DNA of 45,583 nucleotides from Gammaproteobacteria bacterium (GCA_029243585.1 JAQWRR010000094.1:1-45583); one strand, 5' to 3'; shown: positions 18,568 through 28,753, counted from the first letter of the stretch. Notes: generated by a model from the letters alone, not told the origin. Program-made: numbers and translations.

Positions 18568-19293
18568 TCAGTAGATCTTATCCAAACGGTATATAAAACT
18601 TCGGCACGCAGGTCTATTATCTGCGAGCTCTGAGTCAGACCAACCTTTATACTGGGATTGCATTAATGCACTCAGACTTGGTCCACGAAAAATCCGATCA
18701 GTAAGCTCAATGAAGTGTGGATCTTGAACGTTTCCACTCGAGTCAACCTGAAAGCATACAACCGCTCGTCCTTCTTTGGCTTCACGAATAGCCAGACGGG
18801 GGAAACGTGGTGTGGCCATAATTTCGGGAATTAGTGGTTCGGTCATAAATATAGGCTCTCCGGTAGGGTTTACTAGGATGTTCGAAGCAATCTCGTCCGG
18901 CGCCTTCGAACACCACCAACCTCCAAGAAGCATGGGTGCTTCCCACTCGCCACCAAGAGTTGTACGTGTTAAGTCTGCGGTATAACTCCGCTGCATACGA
19001 GAATCGGCGAACAGCAACTGGGAGAGCTCCAGTTGCCATCTCGAAAGAGGGGCCCATGGTCTTTGCGTATTCTCGTTTGGTCGTGCTATTCGGGTTGAAC
19101 CGTCAGGTCCAAAATGAAGTATGACTCGTTCATCTCCCAAAGCCGGATCACCGTAAAGGATACAGTTCCAGACGCCCAAATGATTGAGAGACTCGGGCTC
19201 TGATGACAACTGCGCTACTTGAAACTGAGTCTGGCCGATAAGAGGTACGATACAGAGCAGAAGCAAGCAAGAGCATCTCGCTGATAGTATTAT
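18568..19293 (-). CDS. Exported protein with a C-terminal TonB-C-like domain
   Basis: PRFPRLAIREAKEGRAVVCFQVDSSGNV fits the TonB C-terminal pattern. The ORF track starts at TTG 19266; an in-frame ATA at 19293 has a GGAGGA SD 6 nt upstream. Confidence 0.65.
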   Translation of the reverse strand: MILSARCSCLLLLCIVPLIGQTQFQVAQLSSEPESLNHLGVWNCILYGDPALGDERVILHFGPDGSTRIARPNENTQRPWAPLSRWQLELSQLLFADSRMQRSYTADLTRTTLGGEWEAPMLLGGWWCSKAPDEIASNILVNPTGEPIFMTEPLIPEIMATPRFPRLAIREAKEGRAVVCFQVDSSGNVQDPHFIELTDRIFRGPSLSALMQSQYKGWSDSELADNRPACRSFIYRLDKIY

Positions 19294-19802
19294 TGGTGAT
19301 CCTCCATAATGACCCGTGGACGCAATCCGCGTTCATTGATCATACCCCTGAGCTGTAAAACCTGTCTGGCATCAGAATTGATCTGTGCAGCCATATCTAA
19401 ATCGACAGTTGCCTCAGATAATTTTCCTAAAAGGTAATAAGAGTAAGCACGATTATTGTATGCGCGCCAGTTACGCTCCTCTAGCCTTATGGATTCGGTG
19501 CAATAATCTATTGCAACGAATGGTTCACCGCGAGCTGCATACGCTGCACAAAGATTAGACTGAGCAACTGAACGATCGCCCTGGCTAGGCTGATACCTAG
19601 TAAGTCCAAGCTCTGTCAAACGAATCCCTTCTTCGTATTGACCTATACGAATAGAAAAAGCTCCGGCTGAGAGAAACTCATTACCACCACCAATTATGGT
19701 TCTGTTTCTGCAAGACATGCAATTCATGTTTCCTGCAACCTGCCCCCAAATTACGCTCGAGGTCAGATACAAAATTAAACCGAATACTATGCCGCGAATC
19801 AT
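19290..19802 (-). CDS. Exported tetratricopeptide repeat protein
   Basis: Signal peptide; TPR-like AQSNLCAAY, AIDYC and RAYNNRAYSYYLLG..EA..D. Confidence 0.8.
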   Translation of the reverse strand: MIRGIVFGLILYLTSSVIWGQVAGNMNCMSCRNRTIIGGGNEFLSAGAFSIRIGQYEEGIRLTELGLTRYQPSQGDRSVAQSNLCAAYAARGEPFVAIDYCTESIRLEERNWRAYNNRAYSYYLLGKLSEATVDLDMAAQINSDARQVLQLRGMINERGLRPRVIMEDHQ

Positions 19803-19913
19803 CCTGAGTCTCCTGTGTTAGTTTAGTATAGCATCGACTAACAATTAGCTTAGGATATATAGAAATATTTTATTAATGATTACCAAAATTTTCCTAAGGA
19901 ACTGGTATATACG

Positions 19914-21113
19914 ATGACAGACGTTTCTAGAGCCGAGGCTTTAATCCTAGAGCAAATGCAGATGCTGCCCTCTGCACAATTTCCAATAAATAAAGTCATT
20001 GGATCAGTGCTTCGGGAAGATGTATTAGCAGAGCGTGACCATCCCCCTTTTGACCGTGTAACCATGGACGGAATTGCAATTAAATATGTCGACTGGGAAC
20101 AAGGTTTACGGTGTTATCGTGTTGTTGGATCGCAAGGCGCTGGTGTTCGACCACTGTCAATCATTAAAGATGCAGAATGTATAAAAATCATGACTGGTGC
20201 CATGCTACCGGATGGAGCCGATACCGTGATTCCAGTAGAGCGTTTAACTTCAGACAAAAACAATATCCTCGTTGAGGACAAAGCAAAAGTACTTAAAGGC
20301 CAGTATATTCACCCATGTGGATCTGACCGAATAGCCGGTAGCCAACTGCTCTCATCAGGGCAATTAATTGGGCCACCTGAAATGGCTATTCTGGCAAGTT
20401 CGGGAAATGCGAGTGTGCAAGCAAGTATTCCGCCACGAGTTGCAATCATCTCAACAGGTGATGAATTAATTGATGTAGGAGAAGAAATTCTCCCTTACCA
20501 GATTAGATCCTCTAATGAGCATGCGATTGAGGCAAGCCTTATCCGTCACTGCCAAGCAACAGTTACACGAGTATGTCTTAAAGATGACCCAACAATAATT
20601 CAAAAAACAATTAAAGAATTGCATGATAAAAACGACACTGTGATTCTAAGTGGTGGCGTCTCGATGGGAGATTATGACTTTGTTCCACAAGCACTTAAAA
20701 ACCTTAGCGCTAAAACCATCTTTCACCGTATTGAACAAAAACCTGGGCGCCCAATGTGGTTTGGTGTAAGCGAGGATCGTAAGCCAATCTTTGGTTTGCC
20801 AGGAAATCCTGTATCAACGCTTGTATGCCTGACTCGTTATGTCATACCAGCGCTAAAGCACGCGATGGGTCTGAAAATTACAAGCCAGGAAACAGTACGC
20901 TTAACCAAAGAGATCCTATTTAAAGCTGATCTCACCTATTTCCTCCCAGTAGAACTAAGCTCAGATGAGAATGGCGTAGCATTAGCAAAACCACGCACTA
21001 CAAACACCTCGGGAGATTTTATTTCTCTTGCCAACACAGAGGGGTTTGTTGAGCTACCTCGAGGGCAAAATCGATTTAGCGAGGGAACATCCGCACGATT
21101 ATTTCGCTGGTAG
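19914..21113 (+). CDS. moeA: Molybdopterin molybdotransferase
   Basis: PPFDRVTMDG, IMTGAMLP.GADTV, STGDEL, SGGVSMGDYD, KPGRP and LPGNPVS motifs. Confidence 0.95.
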   Translation: MTDVSRAEALILEQMQMLPSAQFPINKVIGSVLREDVLAERDHPPFDRVTMDGIAIKYVDWEQGLRCYRVVGSQGAGVRPLSIIKDAECIKIMTGAMLPDGADTVIPVERLTSDKNNILVEDKAKVLKGQYIHPCGSDRIAGSQLLSSGQLIGPPEMAILASSGNASVQASIPPRVAIISTGDELIDVGEEILPYQIRSSNEHAIEASLIRHCQATVTRVCLKDDPTIIQKTIKELHDKNDTVILSGGVSMGDYDFVPQALKNLSAKTIFHRIEQKPGRPMWFGVSEDRKPIFGLPGNPVSTLVCLTRYVIPALKHAMGLKITSQETVRLTKEILFKADLTYFLPVELSSDENGVALAKPRTTNTSGDFISLANTEGFVELPRGQNRFSEGTSARLFRW

Positions 21114-21181
21114 CTCTGGATAATGACACCACAAACAACATTTTCAAAAATGACTGTCTATAGCTACTTGCAACAATGCGT

Positions 21182-22483
21182 TTAAGGCACACCGCTTAGT
21201 GGTGTTCCAGCGATCCAAACAGAGTGAATTTCTCTAGTCGCACGAATATCCTCAATGGGGTTAGCATCCAAAATAAGCAAATCTGCCCATCTGCCAGGCT
21301 GCAGCACACCAACATGCTGGTCCAGACCCATAGCTGCGGCTGCTCCACTAGTAGCTGCAACAAGAGCCTGGGTGGTTGACATTCCAGCTTCAACCATCAT
21401 CTCGAGTTCTGTATGTTCAAAGTAGCCCTGCCATTGCCCTTGATTGGTACCAGAATCACTTCCCATGGCTATAAGCACACCTGCATCAGACAGTGTTTTG
21501 AGATTCCGGTTTCCTTGAGCTAATCCTTCCTTGTCCGCTTGCCTCTGTGGACTCCTGCTTGTGGCCTGATAATCAGCCCCAGTGACTATGTCGATATCCC
21601 CCTGATAAGCACTGACCCTACGCAAGAAAAATGGATCTTCCAAAAAATCTGGTCTTGTTTCATAAACGAATCGTGCTAAGTCTCTTGTTAGGGTAGGAAT
21701 ATAAGGAACGTTCTGCTGAATCATTTTCTCAATCAGTAGATTATCGGCCGCCTGGTCTCTGACACTGTGCGCAATAACATCCACACCCGCATCTAAAAGA
21801 CCATGAGCATCTTCTAGGTAGTAAAGATGTGATGCAACACTGAGACCTCGTGAATGAGCCTGGTCAATAAGCGCGCCATATACTTCGGGTGTCATGTCGT
21901 TTGGGCCACCAGTTATATGAATCTTCACAAGATTTGCACCAGCATTAGCATAGTCATTGACTCGCATTCTTGCTTCTTCTGCCGTACCTAAGTTTTGCAA
22001 ACTATCCCCTGCAACATAAACCCGAGCACGATCTAAATCTATTTCTTCCTGCTCTTTATTTAAGCTTGCCCCTACTACAAGCTCTTCATCAGAAAAAACA
22101 CCAAGTACTACAACTGTGGTAACACCATAGTCAGCATAAAGTCGAAGTTGCTCCGTTAACTTGGTTCTAATGGGTCTATCTGACTGATCTTCGTTCAAAT
22201 GACCATGAGCGTTGACAAGACCAGGAAGAATGGTTTTACCAGAAAGGTCTATCCTCTCAGCGTCATCCGGTATATTTACGTCACCTAGTGCACCCACCAT
22301 CTCTACCCGGCCATTTCTGATAACTAATACGGATTGCTCATGTGGAGCACGTCCAGTGCCATCAAACAAGCGTGCGCCTATTAAAGCTACGGAAGCTTCG
22401 TCCGAGGTCTGGGCATTCAAACCCTGAAAACAAGATACAAGGATCAATAATGAGCTAGCCAAAGACTTGAGAAATGGATTCAT
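21182..22483 (-). CDS. Exported amidohydrolase-superfamily enzyme
   Basis: Signal peptide from M at 22483; PGLVNAHGH, VKI, ASH, IAH and GSD metal ligands; G.LQPGRWADL..L..NP. Confidence 0.88.
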   Translation of the reverse strand: MNPFLKSLASSLLILVSCFQGLNAQTSDEASVALIGARLFDGTGRAPHEQSVLVIRNGRVEMVGALGDVNIPDDAERIDLSGKTILPGLVNAHGHLNEDQSDRPIRTKLTEQLRLYADYGVTTVVVLGVFSDEELVVGASLNKEQEEIDLDRARVYVAGDSLQNLGTAEEARMRVNDYANAGANLVKIHITGGPNDMTPEVYGALIDQAHSRGLSVASHLYYLEDAHGLLDAGVDVIAHSVRDQAADNLLIEKMIQQNVPYIPTLTRDLARFVYETRPDFLEDPFFLRRVSAYQGDIDIVTGADYQATSRSPQRQADKEGLAQGNRNLKTLSDAGVLIAMGSDSGTNQGQWQGYFEHTELEMMVEAGMSTTQALVAATSGAAAAMGLDQHVGVLQPGRWADLLILDANPIEDIRATREIHSVWIAGTPLSGVP

Positions 22484-22670
22484 CTTATTAAGTTCCCATA
22501 GGTTTATTTTTAATTTTAAGATAGGTTTCGATGACACATCTAGATAATACACCACCTAGATGTCTCAATAATGACCTGTAATCAGACTTTTTTAATGAAA
22601 AACTCATCTCACAGTGCCTCGAAAGCGAATATGGGGTCAAGCTATAGTTTTTATACAGACTAAAAATCAT

Positions 22671-23399
22671 TTATTCATTCCATGCCTCTTTAATCCATGG
22701 AATTGCTTTCGCCAGGTGCTGGCCATACTGAGGAATTTCATAATGACTAACACCGTCTAAAACAATAAATTCAATTGGCTTACCACTAGATTTCAACTGA
22801 TTAACGACAGTTTGACTAGGCCCAAGCGGGATAACTCGGTCTAGCGCACCATGGATTACATATAGCGGTATTTGCCAATCAATAGACCCTGAATCAGGTT
22901 CCGGCGACCCAGCAATTGGTAGTGCAGCTTTAAAACGATCCTGATGACGTGCCGCAAGATACCAGGTGCCCCTACCTCCCATGCTGTAGCCAGTAAGGAG
23001 AGTCTTGCTTGCATCAATACTATAGAGCTCCATGACGTGATCCAGGAGTTGTATAACATGCTCCTCAGCTTGAAAATTGACCCAATCATCGGCTGCACTG
23101 TCGGGCGCTATAAAAATAGCTCCTAATTCACGTAGCGCTGGTTCGATCAAAGTCTCAAGCAACCCTCGCCCGTAGAAGGGAGTCACCCTACCACCATAAT
23201 GAAGCGATACTACCAAGGGTACAGCCACCTCCCCTGAATAGCCTTGGGGTATAACTAGGGTGTAACGACGGTTTGTGCCTGGCAACAGCATTTCATGAAA
23301 GCCAGAAGCTGTGATGCCTTCCTCAGCAGTTTCTTGGGCTTGAACAGCACAAAAAACCACTAAAAACTGAACTAACACCATCGCTAACAACGCTTTCAT
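22671..23399 (-). CDS. Exported alpha/beta hydrolase (esterase/peptidase-like)
   Basis: Signal peptide (VQA|Q); PLVVSLH, GYSMGG nucleophile elbow, HGALD and GVSH. Confidence 0.85.
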   Translation of the reverse strand: MKALLAMVLVQFLVVFCAVQAQETAEEGITASGFHEMLLPGTNRRYTLVIPQGYSGEVAVPLVVSLHYGGRVTPFYGRGLLETLIEPALRELGAIFIAPDSAADDWVNFQAEEHVIQLLDHVMELYSIDASKTLLTGYSMGGRGTWYLAARHQDRFKAALPIAGSPEPDSGSIDWQIPLYVIHGALDRVIPLGPSQTVVNQLKSSGKPIEFIVLDGVSHYEIPQYGQHLAKAIPWIKEAWNE

Positions 23400-23511
23400 T
23401 CCATCTCTCCTATTGCAAGTGAATGACTAAGCCGACTACAACCTAAACCGAAAAAAACTCTCTTTCTGCTTTTATTATCATAAGGTTTTTAGCATGTTGT
23501 AGATAAAGACC

Positions 23512-24552
23512 TCAAACCAATTTTCCAGAAAGAGTCGCGTGTATTTCTGCGAGTAGTGAAAGCGCTATCGATTCGGGATCATTAGCACCAATATCGATCC
23601 CAACAGGCCCTTTCAAGCGATCACTGAGAGAACCAGATGCTGATCCGAGTGAATCTAAGAGTCGATTTTTCCGTGCAGCAGGTCCTAGCACACCAACATA
23701 CTCCACATTGGTCTCGGCTAGTTGTCCCAAATAAATCTGATCAGTTAGCAAATGGTGGCTCATGACAACAACCGCATCATAACTGCCTGGGTCTAGATCT
23801 CGACTCATGTGCTCTGGATTAATGAGCTCTGTTCGTTCTGCAGACTCAAAAATACCTTTCTCAAGGTAAGCTGGACGGTGATCCGCGATGGTTACCCTCC
23901 ATCCCAATTCAGCAGCCATGTTCACTACTGGCAAAGCATCAAGACCAGCTCCAAGCACTAAAATCCGCCGTATAGGCTGCAGTGGGGCATACAATACGGT
24001 CATCCCACTTTCCTCAGTGCTCAAAACGGCTCTACCGGCCGTATGAGCAGATTGACAACCTGGAACTAAACCCTCAAGCGATTCTGATTCAACTTCACTT
24101 CCATCCCAAACCAGCGTAGTACCAACAGGAGGTGCTCCAGGCTTGCTAATAATAATTGTTGCTACAACGACAGAACCTGACGTCCCTAAGCGCTTTACAA
24201 TCTTAGAAAAAGGCTCATATCCATCTTCAGCGATCAGTGGTTGAAGAAACACCCTAATGAGTCCATTACAGCCAACACCAAGACCCCAAAGATCATCTGC
24301 ATCATCTCGCATATCGTAAGTTATAGCAGTTGGTTCATTGGCAATAATCACCTCACTTGCACGTTCCGCTAAATCTCCCTCAAGACATCCGCCACTAACA
24401 AGGCCTTGATAATCCAAGTTTGATGCGATGAGTATCCTATGGCCAGCCTTGGTATAGGTTGACCCTTGAGTGTCATAAACGGTCGCAAGCACCATTGGCT
24501 TGCCGGTAGATTGCCAATGCTCAAACGCTTTGATTAGTCCACTTGCACTCAT
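23512..24552 (-). CDS. xdhC: XdhC/CoxI family Moco-insertion chaperone
   Basis: GSTY, GLVSGGCLE, GVGCNG, GAGLDA, YVGVLGP, GPVGIDIG and PESIALS motifs. Start placed at the ATG at 24552. Confidence 0.9.
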   Translation of the reverse strand: MSASGLIKAFEHWQSTGKPMVLATVYDTQGSTYTKAGHRILIASNLDYQGLVSGGCLEGDLAERASEVIIANEPTAITYDMRDDADDLWGLGVGCNGLIRVFLQPLIAEDGYEPFSKIVKRLGTSGSVVVATIIISKPGAPPVGTTLVWDGSEVESESLEGLVPGCQSAHTAGRAVLSTEESGMTVLYAPLQPIRRILVLGAGLDALPVVNMAAELGWRVTIADHRPAYLEKGIFESAERTELINPEHMSRDLDPGSYDAVVVMSHHLLTDQIYLGQLAETNVEYVGVLGPAARKNRLLDSLGSASGSLSDRLKGPVGIDIGANDPESIALSLLAEIHATLSGKLV

Positions 24553-24733
24553 AGAATTTATCGTTTTAAAAAAAAACACATATATGAGTTCACCATACAA
24601 TGGCTACGCCAATCCGGCAAAATCTTATTAGCGTCATAGGATGCGGACAGACTTAACCTTGCACAAGATCTTGGGCAGATTTAGACTGCCTTGCTCCACC
24701 AAAATGGAACGCTAACTAGCGCATAGGAGCGAC

Positions 24734-25315
24734 GTGTCCCGTCCAACAAGAAAAGAAGCTGAAGATGCTGTCAAAACACTCCTCAACTGGGTAGGGGAAG
24801 ACCCTGACCGTGAAGGGCTTAGGGCTACTCCAGCTCGCGTTGCAAAAGCATATCAAGAATGGTTTTCAGGGTACAAAGACGATCCTATAGATTTTCTTAG
24901 AAGAACCTTCCGCGAAGTGGATGGTTATGACGAGCTAGTTATTCTAAGAGATATTGATTTTGAATCTCACTGTGAACACCACCTAGCGCCTATTATTGGA
25001 AAGGTCCAGGTAGGCTACCTGCCAGATCGAAAGGTTGTTGGCATAAGCAAGCTAGCCCGAGTTGTCGAAACATTTTCCAAGAGGATGCAAGTTCAGGAAT
25101 CAATGACTGCTCAGATCGCTCACTGCATCAATGACGTACTTAAACCTAAAGGAGTTGGGGTGGTTGTAGAGGGAGTGCATCAGTGCATGACTACGCGAGG
25201 TATTCACAAACCCGGTGTTTCGATGGTCACTAGCCAACTACTTGGAGCTTTCCGCTCAGACCCGAGAACCCGATCAGAGTTTTTAAATATTATCGGAAGA
25301 TCTCATTTAAGATAA
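24734..25315 (+). CDS. folE: GTP cyclohydrolase I
   Basis: REGL..TPARV, SHCEHH, GISKLAR, QVQE and HQCMTTRG motifs; AGGAG SD before the GTG start. Confidence 0.96.
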   Translation: MSRPTRKEAEDAVKTLLNWVGEDPDREGLRATPARVAKAYQEWFSGYKDDPIDFLRRTFREVDGYDELVILRDIDFESHCEHHLAPIIGKVQVGYLPDRKVVGISKLARVVETFSKRMQVQESMTAQIAHCINDVLKPKGVGVVVEGVHQCMTTRGIHKPGVSMVTSQLLGAFRSDPRTRSEFLNIIGRSHLR

Positions 25316-25351
25316 GCATGTTTTTCAAGGGTTACTTATCTAGTACATTTA

Positions 25352-25936
25352 CTATTCTGATTCATTTCCTTTAACACCCTGCCACCGTCTAACAAGATCT
25401 GAATCTATATCGAAAAGGTCTAGAACTCTTCCCACGGTTTGATTAACCATTGCATCAAGGTTTTCAAGTTTTGCGTAAAAAGAGGGTGCTGGAGGAAAAA
25501 TAATTCCTCCCATCTCGGTCACTGTTGTCATATTTCTAAGGTGGACTAAATTGAGAGGCGTCTCCCTCACCATTAAGACTAAACGTCTTCTTTCTTTCAG
25601 CACAACATCAGCAGCCCTAGATACGAGATTGTCTGCAAGACCAGTGGCAATAGATGCCAAAGTTTTCATAGAGCAGGGCGCAACAATCATCCCAGCTGTT
25701 CTGTATGAACCACTAGCAATATTTGCACCTATATCTTTATCGGAATGAACAACATCTGCCATAGATTCAAGTTCACTACGGCGCATATTGAGTTCCGTAG
25801 CCACATTAAGAAATCCCGCTCGAGATACTACAAGATGGGTTTCAATACCTTTATTTTTTTTCAGTTCCTCAAGTAAACGGACCCCGTAAACTGAGCCGGC
25901 TGCACCTGTAATCGCTAAGATAATTCTTCTTGACAC
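25352..25936 (-). CDS. ubiX: Flavin prenyltransferase
   Basis: ITGAAG, IASGS, APCSMKTL, RAADV.LKERR and RETPL motifs. Confidence 0.95.
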   Translation of the reverse strand: MSRRIILAITGAAGSVYGVRLLEELKKNKGIETHLVVSRAGFLNVATELNMRRSELESMADVVHSDKDIGANIASGSYRTAGMIVAPCSMKTLASIATGLADNLVSRAADVVLKERRRLVLMVRETPLNLVHLRNMTTVTEMGGIIFPPAPSFYAKLENLDAMVNQTVGRVLDLFDIDSDLVRRWQGVKGNESE

Positions 25937-26039
25937 ACTGATAATCCTATTAACTGATTAACGCAGAATACCATGCGGGATTAGAGGGTATAGCAGAAAT
26001 TGCGTTGACAATATTGTTCATCACTGGCTTTATCCAGAG

Positions 26040-26717
26040 ATGGGATCTTTAGAACTCGGGCCAGTTTGGCTTAGCCTTCAGCTGGCAACAGTTACAGTCA
26101 TAGTACTATTGTTAGTTGGAACGCCCCTTGCCTGGTGGCTTGCCTATACTCGATCGCGAATCAAACCTGTGATTGAGGCACTGATAGCATTACCTTTGGT
26201 TTTACCACCAACCGTACTTGGGTTTTACTTGCTGATTCTGCTTGGGCCGGCAGGCCCTATAGGGCGTTTTTGGGTACAACTAACTGATTCCGCTCTTACA
26301 TTCTCGTTCTCAGGTCTGGTAATAGCATCCGTCATTTACTCATTTCCCTTTGTAGTACAACCGCTGCAGAACTCGTTCCAAGGGGTCGGTCGAGCTCCCT
26401 TAGAAGCGGCGGCAACACTAGGGGCAAAGCCCCTAGACGCATTCTTTAGTGTTGCATCTCCAATGGCTATAAGAGGCTATGTCACTGCCATTATCCTTGG
26501 ATTTACTCATACGCTAGGTGAATTTGGCGTAGTGCTAATGGTGGGCGGTAATATTCCTGGGTCTACGCGGGTGATATCAATTGCGATCTATGAACATGTG
26601 GAAACTTTGTCATATGAACAAGCGCATATACTTTCATTAGGATTACTAATCTTCTCTTTCTCTGTATTGCTGGGAGTCTATATATTTAATCGTCGACTTC
26701 CATTTAATAGGATCTGA
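26040..26717 (+). CDS. modB: Molybdate ABC transporter permease
   Basis: LPLVLPPTVLGFYLL, EAAATLGA and HTLGEFGVVLMVGGNIPG motifs. Confidence 0.95.
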   Translation: MGSLELGPVWLSLQLATVTVIVLLLVGTPLAWWLAYTRSRIKPVIEALIALPLVLPPTVLGFYLLILLGPAGPIGRFWVQLTDSALTFSFSGLVIASVIYSFPFVVQPLQNSFQGVGRAPLEAAATLGAKPLDAFFSVASPMAIRGYVTAIILGFTHTLGEFGVVLMVGGNIPGSTRVISIAIYEHVETLSYEQAHILSLGLLIFSFSVLLGVYIFNRRLPFNRI

Positions 26718-26720
26718 TTC

Positions 26721-27815
26721 GTGGCTAAACTAACAACTCAATCTAACCTGTTACTCGATAATTTTTTATTTGATTCCGCAGAGACACTAGAACTAAACGG
26801 TATAACCGCCATCTTTGGTTCAAGTGGTGCGGGTAAAACTACCCTCTTACGCATTCTTGCAGGGTTAGAGAATCGGGCTACTGGTTTCGTATCCTATGAA
26901 AATGAGATTTGGCAGGATACGAAAAATGGGGTTTTTATCCCGTCCTATGAAAGAAAAATCGGCTATGTGTTTCAAGATGGTCGACTATTTTCACATTTAA
27001 CTGTAGAAGATAATCTTTATTATTCTCTTAAACGGGCCCACAAAGGCCTAAACGAAAAAACAACCATTGGTTTCAGTGAGACCATCAAATCACTGGACTT
27101 ACAACCTCTACTTCACCGCTATCCAAACTTCCTGTCTGGTGGAGAACAGCAAAGAGTTGCAATGGGTAGAGCGCTATTGAGAAGTCCTCAGTTACTCCTG
27201 ATGGACGAACCTCTTTCTGCCTTAGATTTAAAACGTAAGGCAGAAATTCTTCCATACATAAAAAATGTAGCTAACCAATTCCAAATTCCAATTCTTTATG
27301 TGACCCATAATATTGATGAAGCAACTCATTTAGCACAAAGAATGGTTCTATTGTCCTCTGGTCGCATCATAGCAAGCGGAGAAATTGGGGAAATTCTTGA
27401 GCGTGCTGATCTCTGGCCTTTAACTGGTCGCCTAGAGGCAGGGGCGCTTCTACAAGCAACAGTTGGCCCTACCAAAAAAGGTATGACACATCTTCTTGTT
27501 GGAGAAGAAACACTAAAAATACCTGCCGTTAGCATTGAACCTGAAACTAAAGCAAGACTGCGAGTGCAAGCAAAAGAGGTGGCAATAGCCACTGAACGTC
27601 CTTCTCATCTAAGCATCCGTAACATCATGACTGCTCGACTGTTAAGCATAGAGACTGGGGAATCTGCATTTTCAGAGCTTTTACTAGATGTTGGAGGACA
27701 ACATCTACGATCACGAATAACTCGCGAGGCCGTTAAAGAACTGGAACTATGCGAAGGACAACAAGTCTATGCTCTTATAAAAAGCGTTTCTTTTGAAGGC
27801 CGTCTTTTTACCTAA
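26721..27815 (+). CDS. modC: Molybdate ABC transporter ATP-binding protein
   Basis: GSSGAGKT, VFQDGRLF, LSGGEQQR and LLMDEP motifs; C-terminal TOBE-like region ending VYALIKSV. Confidence 0.94.
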   Translation: MAKLTTQSNLLLDNFLFDSAETLELNGITAIFGSSGAGKTTLLRILAGLENRATGFVSYENEIWQDTKNGVFIPSYERKIGYVFQDGRLFSHLTVEDNLYYSLKRAHKGLNEKTTIGFSETIKSLDLQPLLHRYPNFLSGGEQQRVAMGRALLRSPQLLLMDEPLSALDLKRKAEILPYIKNVANQFQIPILYVTHNIDEATHLAQRMVLLSSGRIIASGEIGEILERADLWPLTGRLEAGALLQATVGPTKKGMTHLLVGEETLKIPAVSIEPETKARLRVQAKEVAIATERPSHLSIRNIMTARLLSIETGESAFSELLLDVGGQHLRSRITREAVKELELCEGQQVYALIKSVSFEGRLFT

Positions 27816-27874
27816 TAGCAATTATTTACAATCAAAAATTAAGCAAATAAAACCCTTAAATAAGCGTAACGGTT

Positions 27875-28753
27875 TTAACCAAAGTTATACAAACGATCAG
27901 GGTTATCAACTAATACTTTTTTCTGAAGATGTTGCTGAGGGAGCAAAAGCGGTATTAGATCAACAAGATCACCATCATTGGGCATACTTCTAGTTATATT
28001 TGGATGAGGCCAATCAGTTCCCCAAAGTATGCGATCCTCTGATACCTCTAGCAGAGCTTGTGCGAATGGTATCGCATCAGTAAATGGTGGCCCCATAGTA
28101 GATATTCTTTCAGCACCACAAATCTTCACCCAGCAATTCTCCCGCTGCGCAGCCTCTAAAAGAAGACTAAACGCGGGCTGATCTAGTCCATCCCCTGTAG
28201 GTACCCGTCCCATGTGATCAATTACATAAGGCACAGGAAGGGAATCTAGAAGCGCTTCAAATTGTAGAAGATCTGCCGCATCAAAATGAAGCACTACATG
28301 CCAACCCAACGGCTTAATACGACTTACAATAGTATGGAAAACTCCCATATCTGGGGTTCCCCCCAGGTGCTTTACGAAATTAAATCTCACACCACGAATT
28401 CCACCGTTATGAAGACGCTCAAACTGCTCATCTGAAAAAGAATCGTCAACATTAGCCACTCCACGGTATTGGCCATCGCTTTGCGCAATCGCATCAAGAA
28501 TCACCGAATTATCTGTTCCATGACAACTGGCATTTACAAGTACAGCTCGTTCAAGACCTAGGATTGACTGAAGTTTTTTAAATTGTTCAAGCGGTGCATC
28601 CGGTGGTGTATAGCTTCGCCCTACTGCATAAGGATATTTATCTCCTGGACCAAAAATGTGGCAGTGTGCATCGCAAGCATTTGCTGGTGGAGAAAAAACA
28701 GGTTTGCGTGTAGCCCAATCTGGCGCTCTACATATTGGTATGTTTGTCATCAC
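27875..28753 (-). CDS. Amidohydrolase-fold lactonase, LigI (2-pyrone-4,6-dicarboxylate lactonase)-like
   Basis: DAHCHIFGP, HGTDN, RGVRFNF, IDHMGR and WGTDWPHPN motifs. Exact substrate cannot be determined from sequence. Confidence 0.8.
   Translation of the reverse strand: MMTNIPICRAPDWATRKPVFSPPANACDAHCHIFGPGDKYPYAVGRSYTPPDAPLEQFKKLQSILGLERAVLVNASCHGTDNSVILDAIAQSDGQYRGVANVDDSFSDEQFERLHNGGIRGVRFNFVKHLGGTPDMGVFHTIVSRIKPLGWHVVLHFDAADLLQFEALLDSLPVPYVIDHMGRVPTGDGLDQPAFSLLLEAAQRENCWVKICGAERISTMGPPFTDAIPFAQALLEVSEDRILWGTDWPHPNITRSMPNDGDLVDLIPLLLPQQHLQKKVLVDNPDRLYNFG

Noticed and set aside
19700-19735. CMSCR in the TPR protein as a heme c site
   Set aside because: CxxCR, not CxxCH.
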